DNA from: Acidimicrobiia bacterium | GTDB lineage: Bacteria; Actinomycetota; Acidimicrobiia; Spongiisociales; ZC4RG35 | Reading direction: 5' to 3' | Length of the DNA: 43,258 bases | Assembly: GCA_049686815.1 (NCBI GenBank) | Contig: JBAVIK010000162.1 | Coordinates: forward strand, 1 to 43,258 | Shown here: one piece after another, positions 33,833 through 42,594 of the stretch | Layout: each line of letters begins with the position of its first letter | Position numbering within the stretch: position 1 is the first letter of the stretch | Program-made: the position numbers and the translations under genes | Notes under the pieces: generated by a model | What the model saw: only the letters and a program-made list of their open reading frames with translations | What the model was told of the DNA's origin: nothing | Databases searched by the model: none

Positions 33833-34995
33833 CGGCGCGGCTGCACTCCACTCTGCGCGATATTCACCAGAACGCCAAGCGCAGCCATCGAGACGATCAA
33901 CGCAGTGGAGCCGAACGAGACGAAGGGCAGCGCAATGCCGGTGATGGGTATCACACCAAGGACTCCCCCGATGTTCACCAAGGCCTGGAATGAGAGCCAG
34001 ACGGTTATTCCTGCGGCAACCATTCGTCCGAACGGGTCCGGAGCCCTGACCGCAACCATCCACCCGACGAAGGCCAACACCACAAAAAGACTGATGACGG
34101 TGAGGCCACCGATAAGACCAGTCTCCTCGCCGATGATGGCGAAGATGAAATCGGTGTGAGCGTTTGGCAGGTAGAACCACCTGGCCCGACTGGCCCCGAG
34201 GCCGACCCCGAAGATCCCCCCATCACCGAGGGCGTAGTAGCCCTGAATAACCTGATATCCATTCCCCGACGAGTCTGCAAACGGATCCAGGAAGGCCTCG
34301 ATTCGGGCGGCGCGATACGCCTCGTCGAACGCCAGGAATGTCACAGCCACGGCAATCGCGATACCGAGTAACGCCACATACCTCAAAGGGGTATCGCTGG
34401 CGATGATGACCGCCATGGCCGCCGCGCCAATGATGATCGTCGTGCCCAGATCGGGCTGTTTGATCACAAGCACACCGATCACGCCAACGGTCGCCATGAC
34501 CGGGACCATGAAATGGCCGAAACGGTTGAGGAGTTTCGCCTTTCGCTCCAGCAAGTAAGCCAGGATGAAGACCACCGCTACTTTCGCCACCTCGGACGGC
34601 TGAAACGAGACAAAAGGCAGCGGAATCCAGCGCTGGGCGCCACCGATGACCGGACCGACCACCAGGACTGCCACAAGCAGACCCACCGTCCCGATGAACA
34701 AGGGGATGGCAAGCTTTCGATAGATCCGGTAAGGAACGCGGCTAGCGACTAGCAAAGCCAGGGTGCCCAAGCCGACGCCGATGAGTTGTCTCTTGAAGAA
34801 GTAGAGCCGGTCGGCAGTCTGGTCGAACGCTACGGCCGATGACGCCGACTGTGTCGCCCCTAGACCGATCACCACCAGCACAACGACGAGTACGAGCAAA
34901 GTGGTGGCCGTCCGATTGTTGGACTTTTGCCGCTCGGCGCGATCACGAGCGGCCGCCCTGACTTTGGCGATGGAGGTGACGTTGGTGGTAGTCAT
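33829..34995 (-). CDS. ftsW: SEDS-family peptidoglycan glycosyltransferase FtsW
   Basis: ORF track, 388 aa. About 10 hydrophobic segments, ...HTDFIFAIIGEETGLIGG.... In the canonical position between murD and murG. Confidence 0.92.
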   Translation of the reverse strand: MTTTNVTSIAKVRAAARDRAERQKSNNRTATTLLVLVVVLVVIGLGATQSASSAVAFDQTADRLYFFKRQLIGVGLGTLALLVASRVPYRIYRKLAIPLFIGTVGLLVAVLVVGPVIGGAQRWIPLPFVSFQPSEVAKVAVVFILAYLLERKAKLLNRFGHFMVPVMATVGVIGVLVIKQPDLGTTIIIGAAAMAVIIASDTPLRYVALLGIAIAVAVTFLAFDEAYRAARIEAFLDPFADSSGNGYQVIQGYYALGDGGIFGVGLGASRARWFYLPNAHTDFIFAIIGEETGLIGGLTVISLFVVLAFVGWMVAVRAPDPFGRMVAAGITVWLSFQALVNIGGVLGVIPITGIALPFVSFGSTALIVSMAALGVLVNIAQSGVQPRR

Positions 34996-36287
34996 GTCCT
35001 TGACGCTCCCATTCTTTCATGCACCAGCTCCACAAACCGGTCACCTCGAGCTCCATATGACTCGAACTGATCAAAGCTGGCGCATCCCGGAGCGAGCAAG
35101 ACGGTGTCTCCGGGTGTTGCAACTTGTGCGGCCATCTCGACCGCCAGCTCGAGAGTCCCGGCGAAACGACCGCGATCTCCCGCAGCGTCGGCGATGACAT
35201 TGCCGGCTTCACCGATTCCAAGCAGAACGCGAATATTCGGCTCGCGTCCGATGGGGGCCACGTCCAACCCTTTGGATTTTCCCCCAGCAATTAGAACGAC
35301 AGAGTCGTTTGCCCGAATCGACGCGATTGCGGCGTGTGGGTTCGTCGCCTTCGAATCATCGATCCAGGTGACTCCGCCGCCCCTGTAGACCACGCTTCGT
35401 CGGTGAGGGCCCGGCCCGAACCTACGGGCTGTCGCTCCAACATCCTCCGCTGAGGCACCCATCCTCATGGCGAGAGCACTTGCCGCAGCGAGGTTCGAAA
35501 GATGTGTTGGATCGTTGGAGGGGATCTCGGCGAGATCGACAACCATCTCTCCAACCGCAAGGACACCGTCGTCCACGCCTCCGCCCCCTCCCGGGTTTCG
35601 TGAGCCAGACACCGGATATAGCTCAGCGTGGGCGGATCCGGCGAGCGCAGTGGCTCCAGGGTCGTCGGCGTCGTACACGAGGAGATCTGCTGACGTTTGG
35701 TTTCGGTAGATGTTCGCCTTGGCGCTTCGGTAGCCGTGTTCCGACCCGTGCCAGTCGAGATGGTCGATAGCAACATTCGTGATCGCTGCGGCAACCGGGT
35801 GGAATTCCTCGCAAAAACGGAGTTGAAAACTCGAGACCTCAACCACGAGAGCGTCGTGCTCGCTGACGACGAAGTCGGAGAGAGGGGCTCCGATGTTCCC
35901 GGTCGCCGGTGCATCGATTCCTGACGCCTCCATCATCATGGAGGTGGCCTCAGTGACACTGGTCTTGCCGTTTGTGCCGGTTATCGCGACCACGGGACAG
36001 TTGATGTGGCGCCAGGCAAACTCGACTTCACTCCAAATCGGCACGCCTGATTCGAGAGTTTCGACCACCGGCAGAGACCGCTCCGAGAACCCGGGGCTGG
36101 CAACGACGATGTCGATACCAGTCAACAATCCGGCATCCCAGACACCGCTCGATAGCGAAAAGCCCTCCTCGAGTGCGGTGGTACTCGCTGATTCGTCGAA
36201 GAGGGTCACGGTCATCCCGACTCTTCTTGCCAATCGGGCCGCCGCCATCCCCGATACACCTGATCCGAGTATGAGAACCCGAGTCAC
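34992..36287 (-). CDS. murD: UDP-N-acetylmuramoylalanine--D-glutamate ligase
   Basis: ORF track, 431 aa. Rossmann N-terminus ILGSGVSGMAAA, SPG, ITGTNGKTSV, VVEVSSFQL. Confidence 0.93.
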   Translation of the reverse strand: MTRVLILGSGVSGMAAARLARRVGMTVTLFDESASTTALEEGFSLSSGVWDAGLLTGIDIVVASPGFSERSLPVVETLESGVPIWSEVEFAWRHINCPVVAITGTNGKTSVTEATSMMMEASGIDAPATGNIGAPLSDFVVSEHDALVVEVSSFQLRFCEEFHPVAAAITNVAIDHLDWHGSEHGYRSAKANIYRNQTSADLLVYDADDPGATALAGSAHAELYPVSGSRNPGGGGGVDDGVLAVGEMVVDLAEIPSNDPTHLSNLAAASALAMRMGASAEDVGATARRFGPGPHRRSVVYRGGGVTWIDDSKATNPHAAIASIRANDSVVLIAGGKSKGLDVAPIGREPNIRVLLGIGEAGNVIADAAGDRGRFAGTLELAVEMAAQVATPGDTVLLAPGCASFDQFESYGARGDRFVELVHERMGASRT

Positions 36288-37330
36288 AGGATGTCCTCGA
36301 GTCCCAAGAAGTCTCCATAGAAGAAGCCGAGCCCGAGAGCCACGCCGATCCCGGTGAGGATCCAGAATCTGATGACCACCGTTGTCTCCGGCCAGCCGCC
36401 GAGATCGAAATGGAAATGGAGCGGAGACATTCGAAATATTCGCTTGCCGGTCATACGGAAACTCGCCACTTGGAGGATCACCGAGACCGTTTCAGCGACG
36501 TAGATCGCTCCCAGCACCGCCAAAAGGAGTTGTGTGTTGGTGAGCAGCGCCAGAGCTGCCAGCAGACCGCCGATTCCTTGACTTCCCACGTCACCCATGA
36601 AGATCTTGGCCGGTGGGGCGTTCCACCACAGAAAACCGAGGATGGCACCAAACATGGCTGCCGACACCATGGCGAGCTCGAGCGGATTCACCGCCTGGTA
36701 GATGTCCGGGTTTCTGAACTGCCAAAAAGCGATCACGGTGTACGAAGCGACAACCAGCGCCGACGTTCCGGCAGCTAATCCGTCCATCCCATCTGTCAGG
36801 TTCACTCCGTTGGCGGCTCCAGTGAGCATGAGGAGAACCCAGACGACGAAGAAGGCTCCGAGATCAATGCCCAGTGGGCGGACAAACGAGATCTGGGTGA
36901 CTATGCCCGCTTCGGTAGCTCCCCATGCGAAAACTGCTGCGATGGTCAACTGCCCACCGAACTTGACTGCTTTGGACAGCCCAAGACTGCGTTGTCTCGA
37001 ATATTTTGTCCAGTCGTCCAGGAGGCCGACAAGACTCATACCCAGGAGTGCGAATATGGCCAGCCAACCCCCGGGACTTATGGGCCGCCATTCCAGGCTG
37101 AATCCGCCCGCCCCAATTATTCGGACGTGGGCGAGAAGCCATCCGATCACGGCAGCCGCAACAAAGACAACTCCACCCATGGTTGGAGTGCCCTGTTTGT
37201 GGGCGTGCCCCTTTATGTCCTCTTGGATGAATTGACCAATCTGGCGTCGCCTGAAGAAGCGGATCGCATACGGAGTCACGAAGATCGAAGTGATCAGTCC
37301 GACGGCCGCGGCTATCAGGAGCGGAATCAC
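36284..37330 (-). CDS. mraY: phospho-N-acetylmuramoyl-pentapeptide transferase
   Basis: ORF track, 348 aa. GTPTMGG, NLTDGMDGLA, FMGDVGS, PLHFHFDL. The GTG start forms a GTGA overlap with the murE stop. Confidence 0.95.
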   Translation of the reverse strand: MIPLLIAAAVGLITSIFVTPYAIRFFRRRQIGQFIQEDIKGHAHKQGTPTMGGVVFVAAAVIGWLLAHVRIIGAGGFSLEWRPISPGGWLAIFALLGMSLVGLLDDWTKYSRQRSLGLSKAVKFGGQLTIAAVFAWGATEAGIVTQISFVRPLGIDLGAFFVVWVLLMLTGAANGVNLTDGMDGLAAGTSALVVASYTVIAFWQFRNPDIYQAVNPLELAMVSAAMFGAILGFLWWNAPPAKIFMGDVGSQGIGGLLAALALLTNTQLLLAVLGAIYVAETVSVILQVASFRMTGKRIFRMSPLHFHFDLGGWPETTVVIRFWILTGIGVALGLGFFYGDFLGLEDIL

Positions 37331-38826
37331 AGAGCAACACTCCCGGAGCCGCCCTGGCGCCCGGTGGGCTTGCGGCGGGCGTCAAGCGCCTCTCGAGCAA
37401 CCTGTCGATCATCAAATGGGACACGTCGATCGCCTAGATCCTGAACGGGCTCATGCCCCCGTCCCAGGACAAGCACGATGTCACCGTCCTCCGCGAGGTC
37501 TATCCCATGCTGAATCGCAGAGCGGCGGTCCACTTCCACGACCGAATCGCGAGTCCGGGGGATCCCCGACACCACGGCCGAAACGATCCTGGCCGGGTCC
37601 TCCGTTCTCGGATTATCGCTAGTGATAACGGCAACATCAGCTTTGGCAGCTGCAGCGCCCATCAAGGGACGCTTCTCTTGGTCACGGTCACCTCCAGCCC
37701 CGACCACCGCTATCACCCGCCGAGCGCCGATCGATCGCGCCGCAGCAATCGCCTCGACAATCCCTTCGGGGGTGTGGGCGTAGTCAACGATCACCTTGAT
37801 TGGATCCGAGGCCGAGACGATTTCGTAACGACCCGGCACCTTTGCCAGGTCGGTGAGTCCCAAGAGCACGTCGGCATAGTCCAGTCCCGCCGCCATCGCA
37901 CAGGCCACTGCCATCAGAGCGTTGTCGAGATTGAACGTCCCAATGACAGGGGCCACGACGGTATCGCTCCCCCAAGGCGTCACCAGCCGAAACTCGACCC
38001 CACGTGCAACGGCGCGCTCCCCTTCCCGTCTGACGTCACCATCCCGTCCGACGGTCAGGAGATCTTTCGAATACTCACGGGCAATCTCACGTCCCGTCGA
38101 ATCATCGATGTTGACCACTGCCGTTCCCACTTCGTACTCCTCGAAGAGACGGGTCTTGGCAGCCCGATAGCGCTCCATATCCCCGTGAAAGTCGAGATGG
38201 TCCTGAGAGAGGTTGGTGAAGGCCGCCACTTCGAACCGGGTTGCAGCCACACGACCCATCTCCAGGGCATGAGACGAGACTTCGGCTGCAACGAGCTGGG
38301 TGCCAGCGTCCAGCATTTCCTTCAGCAGCCGCTGAAAATCCGATGCCTCGGGGGTGGTGTGCGCCGATTCGATGGTCCCACCCGCGATCCGGGTGTGGAT
38401 CGTGCCGATCAGCCCCGCGCTGATACCCGAAGTCGATGCGATCGACTCGATGTAATGGGTGACGGTTGTCTTGCCATTTGTGCCGGTGACGCCGATCACC
38501 TTCATCGAGGCTGACGGGTCTCCGTGAACCAGCGCAGCTAGGGGGCCCAAAGCGCGCCGGCTGTCGCTGACGATGACTTGCGGTGCCTCCACGCTCAGTC
38601 GATGCTCTACACACACGGCGCTGGCACCTCGGGCGAGAGCTGCAGGAACGAATTCGTGCCCATCAAAATTGGCACCCCTCACGGCGACAAACAACACCCC
38701 GGTGTCGGCCTGCCTCGAGTCGTGGGTGACGTCGTATATGAGAGGGTTATGTGACGGGTCGACGGCATCGACGATGCCATCGACGGCGGCGGCGAGCTCG
38801 ATCACAGTCTTACTGGCGCTCGCCAT
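37327..38826 (-). CDS. murE: UDP-N-acetylmuramoyl-L-alanyl-D-glutamate--2,6-diaminopimelate ligase
   Basis: ORF track, 499 aa. GVTGTNGKTT, TTPE, and the meso-DAP specificity motif DNPR (ITSDNPRTEDP). Confidence 0.93.
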   Translation of the reverse strand: MASASKTVIELAAAVDGIVDAVDPSHNPLIYDVTHDSRQADTGVLFVAVRGANFDGHEFVPAALARGASAVCVEHRLSVEAPQVIVSDSRRALGPLAALVHGDPSASMKVIGVTGTNGKTTVTHYIESIASTSGISAGLIGTIHTRIAGGTIESAHTTPEASDFQRLLKEMLDAGTQLVAAEVSSHALEMGRVAATRFEVAAFTNLSQDHLDFHGDMERYRAAKTRLFEEYEVGTAVVNIDDSTGREIAREYSKDLLTVGRDGDVRREGERAVARGVEFRLVTPWGSDTVVAPVIGTFNLDNALMAVACAMAAGLDYADVLLGLTDLAKVPGRYEIVSASDPIKVIVDYAHTPEGIVEAIAAARSIGARRVIAVVGAGGDRDQEKRPLMGAAAAKADVAVITSDNPRTEDPARIVSAVVSGIPRTRDSVVEVDRRSAIQHGIDLAEDGDIVLVLGRGHEPVQDLGDRRVPFDDRQVAREALDARRKPTGRQGGSGSVAL

Positions 38827-40585
38827 CGGGTGTCACGCCTAGTCGGTGGAGCGCCTGCTCCATTACGAGTGAGAACACCGGTGCTGCCGCCGAGCCTCCA
38901 GTCCGGTAGTCATAGGAGGGTGAGTCGATCACGACGGCCACAACGATCTGAGGATCTGAGACCGGTGCGAGACCCACAAACGACGCCCGGGTGTCGTCTG
39001 TGTATCGACCGTCGACGCCAAGCTTGTTAGCAGTGCCTGTCTTCCCACCGACGCGGTATCCATCGACGGCGGCCCCTGAACCAGTGCCACGTTCCACCAC
39101 CGAGGCCAGCAACTCTCTCATCAGCAATGCAGTGCTCGAAGAGACGACCTGGCGGCTTTGAATACCAGCTACCTCCGTGGCGCCGTCGACATCCGTTTTG
39201 GATGAAACGATGTGAGGGGTGGTCCACACCCCATCGTTTCCTATCGCGGCGTAGGCGGCAGCCATTTGGAGCGGAGACGCCGCTACCGAATAGCCGATCG
39301 CGGCCGAGGCCCAACACGTCTCGCAACCGGCCTCGAAATTGAGAAGACCGGGTGTCTCCACCGAGTAGTCGATGCCAGTCCTCCTTCCCAGCCCGAACGC
39401 TTCGATGTAGTCGATCAAACGCTCCTGCCCCAGTTCGTCGGCGATCTTGATGGTCCCCACGTTGGAGGACCGAGTGAAGATCTCTGCCACCGTCATGTCA
39501 CGTGTCTCATGCTCCGCGAAGTCGCGATAGCAGCCAAAGAGATCGTCGTCTTTCGAACGGCATGCGTCTTCACGCAGTTCCAGTACGTCGCCGACTTCGG
39601 GGATCACCGTGCCGATCTCGACCTCGGACTCTTCGAGTGCTGCGGCGACGGTGATGAGCTTCTGTGTAGAACCCGGCTCGAACATGCCGCGGACCACGAA
39701 GTTGGAGAATGAACGGCAGGTAACCGGATCGTCGGAGCGTTCGCACTTGGGATCGAGGGTCTGTCGGGTTTGCGGATCGAAAACGGGTGCCCCGGCCATA
39801 GCAAGGACCTCACCTGACTCGACGTCGAGGACGACCACCCAGCAAGAATCGGCGTCGGTGCGATCGATGGCGTCAATACATGCTTGCTGTGCCTGATATT
39901 GAAGCGGGATGTCGATCGTGGTGTTCAGGTCCAGCCCTGGGACCGCAGGGACGATGTCACTGATCCCTTGGAGGATCGGTGTCCCATCGAGGCCACGTTC
40001 GAAGACGGCCCGACCCGGGACACCGGTCAGCTCCTTGTCGTAAACCAACTCCAGGCCCTCTTGACCTTCGCCATCGATGTTCACGAAACCTGTCACGTGG
40101 GCGGCGACCTCGCCTGCTGGATAGATCCTGGTCGGCTCAGGTAGTGAGTAGACACCTCTGATCTCGAGACCGAGAATCTGGTCGGCCATGGCATCGTCGA
40201 CCTGGCGTTTCAGATAGACGAAGTCCCTGTCGCTGGTGAGGCGAGTCAAGAGAGTGTCGCTATCGACTCCCAGCAGGCCGCCAACTTGTTGCGCCACCCA
40301 GAGCGGCTCTTCGATCTGATTCGGAACCGCGTACAGACTCTGTGCTTCGACGGTCATGGCGAGCAAGTCGCCATTGCGATCGAAGATCTTGCCGCGCTGC
40401 GGTGCGAGATCACGAGACACGAGACGCTGGTTCAGACCTTGTTCCGCCAGCTCGGGGGCGGCGAACACCTGAATCTGCACGAGCCTGTAGCCCATCCCAA
40501 TCCACGCTGCCATCACTACGACGGCAATGATTGCGATTCGGATCTTGACCGGGTTTGGACGCCTCGATCTCTTAACGGTCGTCAT
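38810..40585 (-). CDS. ftsI: class B penicillin-binding protein (FtsI/PBP3-type transpeptidase)
   Basis: ORF track, 591 aa. N-terminal TM, then SxxK (GSTQK), SxN (SSN) and KTG (GKTGTA). Confidence 0.9.
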   Translation of the reverse strand: MTTVKRSRRPNPVKIRIAIIAVVVMAAWIGMGYRLVQIQVFAAPELAEQGLNQRLVSRDLAPQRGKIFDRNGDLLAMTVEAQSLYAVPNQIEEPLWVAQQVGGLLGVDSDTLLTRLTSDRDFVYLKRQVDDAMADQILGLEIRGVYSLPEPTRIYPAGEVAAHVTGFVNIDGEGQEGLELVYDKELTGVPGRAVFERGLDGTPILQGISDIVPAVPGLDLNTTIDIPLQYQAQQACIDAIDRTDADSCWVVVLDVESGEVLAMAGAPVFDPQTRQTLDPKCERSDDPVTCRSFSNFVVRGMFEPGSTQKLITVAAALEESEVEIGTVIPEVGDVLELREDACRSKDDDLFGCYRDFAEHETRDMTVAEIFTRSSNVGTIKIADELGQERLIDYIEAFGLGRRTGIDYSVETPGLLNFEAGCETCWASAAIGYSVAASPLQMAAAYAAIGNDGVWTTPHIVSSKTDVDGATEVAGIQSRQVVSSSTALLMRELLASVVERGTGSGAAVDGYRVGGKTGTANKLGVDGRYTDDTRASFVGLAPVSDPQIVVAVVIDSPSYDYRTGGSAAAPVFSLVMEQALHRLGVTPDGERQ

Positions 40586-40663
40586 GGCACGCCAACTCCA
40601 GGCTGGATACCCGGAGGGGAGGTGCCCCGCTCGAAGTCCCGGTTCCAGCGCATAGACCGGTCA

Positions 40664-41050
40664 TCATTGGTTGGCGGCGACCGGTTGCTTCTCAGCAACC
40701 ATTGGAGCCGGTGTATCGAGATCCACGAGGATCGTGTTCGTCTGAGATGGAATCACCAGACCGAGCTCTTCAGCGAGCGGTGAGATCCTGGCCGGATTCT
40801 CGAGTTGGGCGATTTCCAGACTCAGCTGGCGGTTTATCACCGACTGTTCCGCAATCGCTCGATCGAGCTCAGCAAGTTCGAAGGCTGCCCGATCGAGGCT
40901 GGTACGCGCAAAGCCGAGACCCAGGAATGCCACGATCGCAATCAGGGCCACGATCGTCCACGGTGCGACCGAAGGCTTCCGGAGCGTCCTGCCTTTTAGT
41001 ACCCGGAAACCATCACGGGTCGCTGTGCGCGGCCGCGGGCGTGCCGTCAT
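40664..41050 (-). CDS. ftsL: FtsL-like cell division membrane protein
   Basis: ORF track, 128 aa. Basic N-terminus, one TM (WTIVALIAIVAFLGLGF), then a coiled coil (ELAELDRAIAEQSVINRQLSLEIAQL). Called mainly from topology and its position between rsmH and ftsI. ATGA overlap with the rsmH stop. Confidence 0.65.
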   Translation of the reverse strand: MTARPRPRTATRDGFRVLKGRTLRKPSVAPWTIVALIAIVAFLGLGFARTSLDRAAFELAELDRAIAEQSVINRQLSLEIAQLENPARISPLAEELGLVIPSQTNTILVDLDTPAPMVAEKQPVAANQ

Positions 41051-42009
41051 GCGGCCACCTTCTCGGCTCCACGAAGCACGGCCGATCGCGCCCGTCGGTT
41101 TGCTTCCACTTCTGCTTCTGAAGCACGTAGCGGCTTCCTGGTCAAGATGCGCAGCTCCGCGGTCACACCGCAGCCACAGATCGGCAGGTCCGGAGGACAG
41201 ATGCAGCCAGTGGCGCCAGCGGCGAAGCGCTGTTTCACGATCCGATCCTCCAGCGAGTGATAGGAGATAGCCACCACCCGCCCTGCATCAGCCAAGACGG
41301 TGATTGCCTGATCGATGCCTTGTTCAACCGCTCTCAGCTCACCGTTGACTGCGATTCGTATCGCCTGGAAGGTACGTCGGGCGGGATGACCCGCCCGACG
41401 TCGGGCCGCTGGCGTTGCGTCTGTGATGACGGTGGATAGCTGGGCAGTGGACTTGATCGGTCTGGCAGAGACGATGGCCCGAGCGATCCGACGCGCCATG
41501 GGCTCCTCGCCGTACTCTCGAATGAGCCTGGACAGGTCCGCTTCTGACCATTGGTTGACAACGATGTCCGCGGAGACGGAGGCGTCCGGCCCCATCCGCA
41601 TGTCGAGTGGTCCGTCGTGGCGGTATGAGAAGCCACGAGACGGCTCGTCGAGTTGGCGTGACGAAACTCCAAAGTCGAAGAGAACTCCGACGGGTGCCTC
41701 ATCGAGTGTCGAGGTGACGATTTCGGACAAGTCGGTGAAGTTGGCCCGTATCGCCGTGATCCCCAGCGCTGCTGCGTTGGCGACAGCTTCCGGGTCGCGA
41801 TCGATTCCAACAATTGTCACATCGTCTCCAAACTCGTCCAACAGATACCTGCTGTGACCACCACCTCCGAATGTCGCGTCGATCACGACTCCCGGCATGG
41901 TGGGGGCGAACAGCCTGGCCACCTCCTCAACCAGGACCGGCAGGTGGTATTGACCATCTCGTCTCGGGCCGTCCTGGTTCATTGCCAGCCCCCCGGGCGC
42001 TGGTACCAA
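41047..42009 (-). CDS. rsmH: 16S rRNA (cytosine1402-N4)-methyltransferase RsmH/MraW
   Basis: ORF track, 320 aa from TTG 42009. HLPVLVEEV, DATFGGGGHS, GIDRDPEA, FDFGVSSRQLD. The in-frame ATG 41982 (MNQDGPRRDGQYHLPVL), preceded by GGGGGG, is the more likely start. Confidence 0.93.
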   Translation of the reverse strand: MVPAPGGLAMNQDGPRRDGQYHLPVLVEEVARLFAPTMPGVVIDATFGGGGHSRYLLDEFGDDVTIVGIDRDPEAVANAAALGITAIRANFTDLSEIVTSTLDEAPVGVLFDFGVSSRQLDEPSRGFSYRHDGPLDMRMGPDASVSADIVVNQWSEADLSRLIREYGEEPMARRIARAIVSARPIKSTAQLSTVITDATPAARRRAGHPARRTFQAIRIAVNGELRAVEQGIDQAITVLADAGRVVAISYHSLEDRIVKQRFAAGATGCICPPDLPICGCGVTAELRILTRKPLRASEAEVEANRRARSAVLRGAEKVAA

Positions 42010-42068
42010 CTAGAAGCGGGCGGAGTCAGGGGCCTTCCAATTGGTTCCGGGGGGCTGGCAATGAGCCA
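41975..42068 (-). promoter_or_regulatory. long inverted repeat / predicted RNA stem-loop covering the rsmH ribosome-binding site and ATG
   Basis: 41979-41996 (TCATTGCCAGCCCCCCGG) is the exact reverse complement of 42047-42064 (CCGGGGGGCTGGCAATGA). With one mismatch the pairing extends to 41975-41996 / 42047-42068, and the loop is 50 nt. The repeat itself is certain; its regulatory role is inferred. Confidence 0.6.
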
Positions 42069-42083
42069 AGCCAGTGTTCTCTC

Positions 42084-42497
42084 TCAGTCCTCCTCGTCCA
42101 GATACACCTCATCACCCATCGCACGGTCGTCGAGGTATCGATCCTTCTCCCACAGCTCGACGTGATCGAACACACCGACCACGGCGACTTCAGTGGCCGA
42201 CCCGAGATTGGCGAAGGCTCGCAAGTCGGGTTTGACCAGAACTCGACCCGACTTGTCAAGGGACTGGAGATCTGCGCCACCAAAGACGGTTCGCGAGAAT
42301 CGCCGGCCGTCTTTGTTCTGTGGACGGTCAGTCACTTCTGAGGCCTTCGCTTCGAAGTCGTCGGCGGCAAAAATGGCCAACTGGCCGTCTTGCCCTTTGG
42401 TGACAACACATCCGTCTTCGAGACGACGTCGGAAAGAGGAGGGCATAACCACCCTCCCTTTGTCATCGAGACTGTGGAAGTACTCACCGAGGAACAC
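42084..42497 (-). CDS. mraZ: transcriptional regulator MraZ
   Basis: ORF track, 137 aa, GTG start. Two SpoVT/AbrB-like halves, each with the DxxxR motif (LDDKGRVVMPS and LDKSGRVLV). Confidence 0.93.
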   Translation of the reverse strand: MFLGEYFHSLDDKGRVVMPSSFRRRLEDGCVVTKGQDGQLAIFAADDFEAKASEVTDRPQNKDGRRFSRTVFGGADLQSLDKSGRVLVKPDLRAFANLGSATEVAVVGVFDHVELWEKDRYLDDRAMGDEVYLDEED

Positions 42498-42548
42498 TTC
42501 AGCTCTCTTCCGTCCGTCGTCACTTGCCTAACCCCTTGCCGGGTTCGA

Positions 42549-42594
42549 GCCACTATGACCCACTTCCCCCCACTTGTCAACCTTTTCCCCCCAC
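42549..42594 (-). promoter_or_regulatory. candidate dcw promoter (TTGACA-17-CATAGT) interleaved with four phased GTGGG/GTGGC boxes (MraZ-operator-like)
   Basis: Minus strand reads GTGGGGGGAAAAGG TTGACA A GTGGGGGGAA GTGGGTCATA GTGGCTCGAA. Boxes start at 42594, 42573, 42563 and 42553. The -35 is 42580-42575 and the -10 is 42557-42552. Confidence 0.6.

Noticed and set aside
33833-34180. 116-codon 5' extension of the murG ORF in the track; similar extensions exist for ccdA (7649..7765), rluD (20971..21039), yggU (22109..22219), murB (31406..31462) and ftsQ (30511..30564)
   Set aside because: The extensions overlap the upstream gene, are Arg/Cys/His-rich and lack family sequence. Internal starts give canonical N-termini and ATGA/GTGA-type junctions. 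The CxxC pair in the rluD extension (CDRCGRP) is therefore not a real zinc ribbon.
37453-38514. 353-aa plus-strand ORF inside murE
   Set aside because: It is antisense to an unambiguous MurE (P-loop, DNPR). The product is Arg/His/Gly-rich with no recognisable domain, so it is a shadow ORF.
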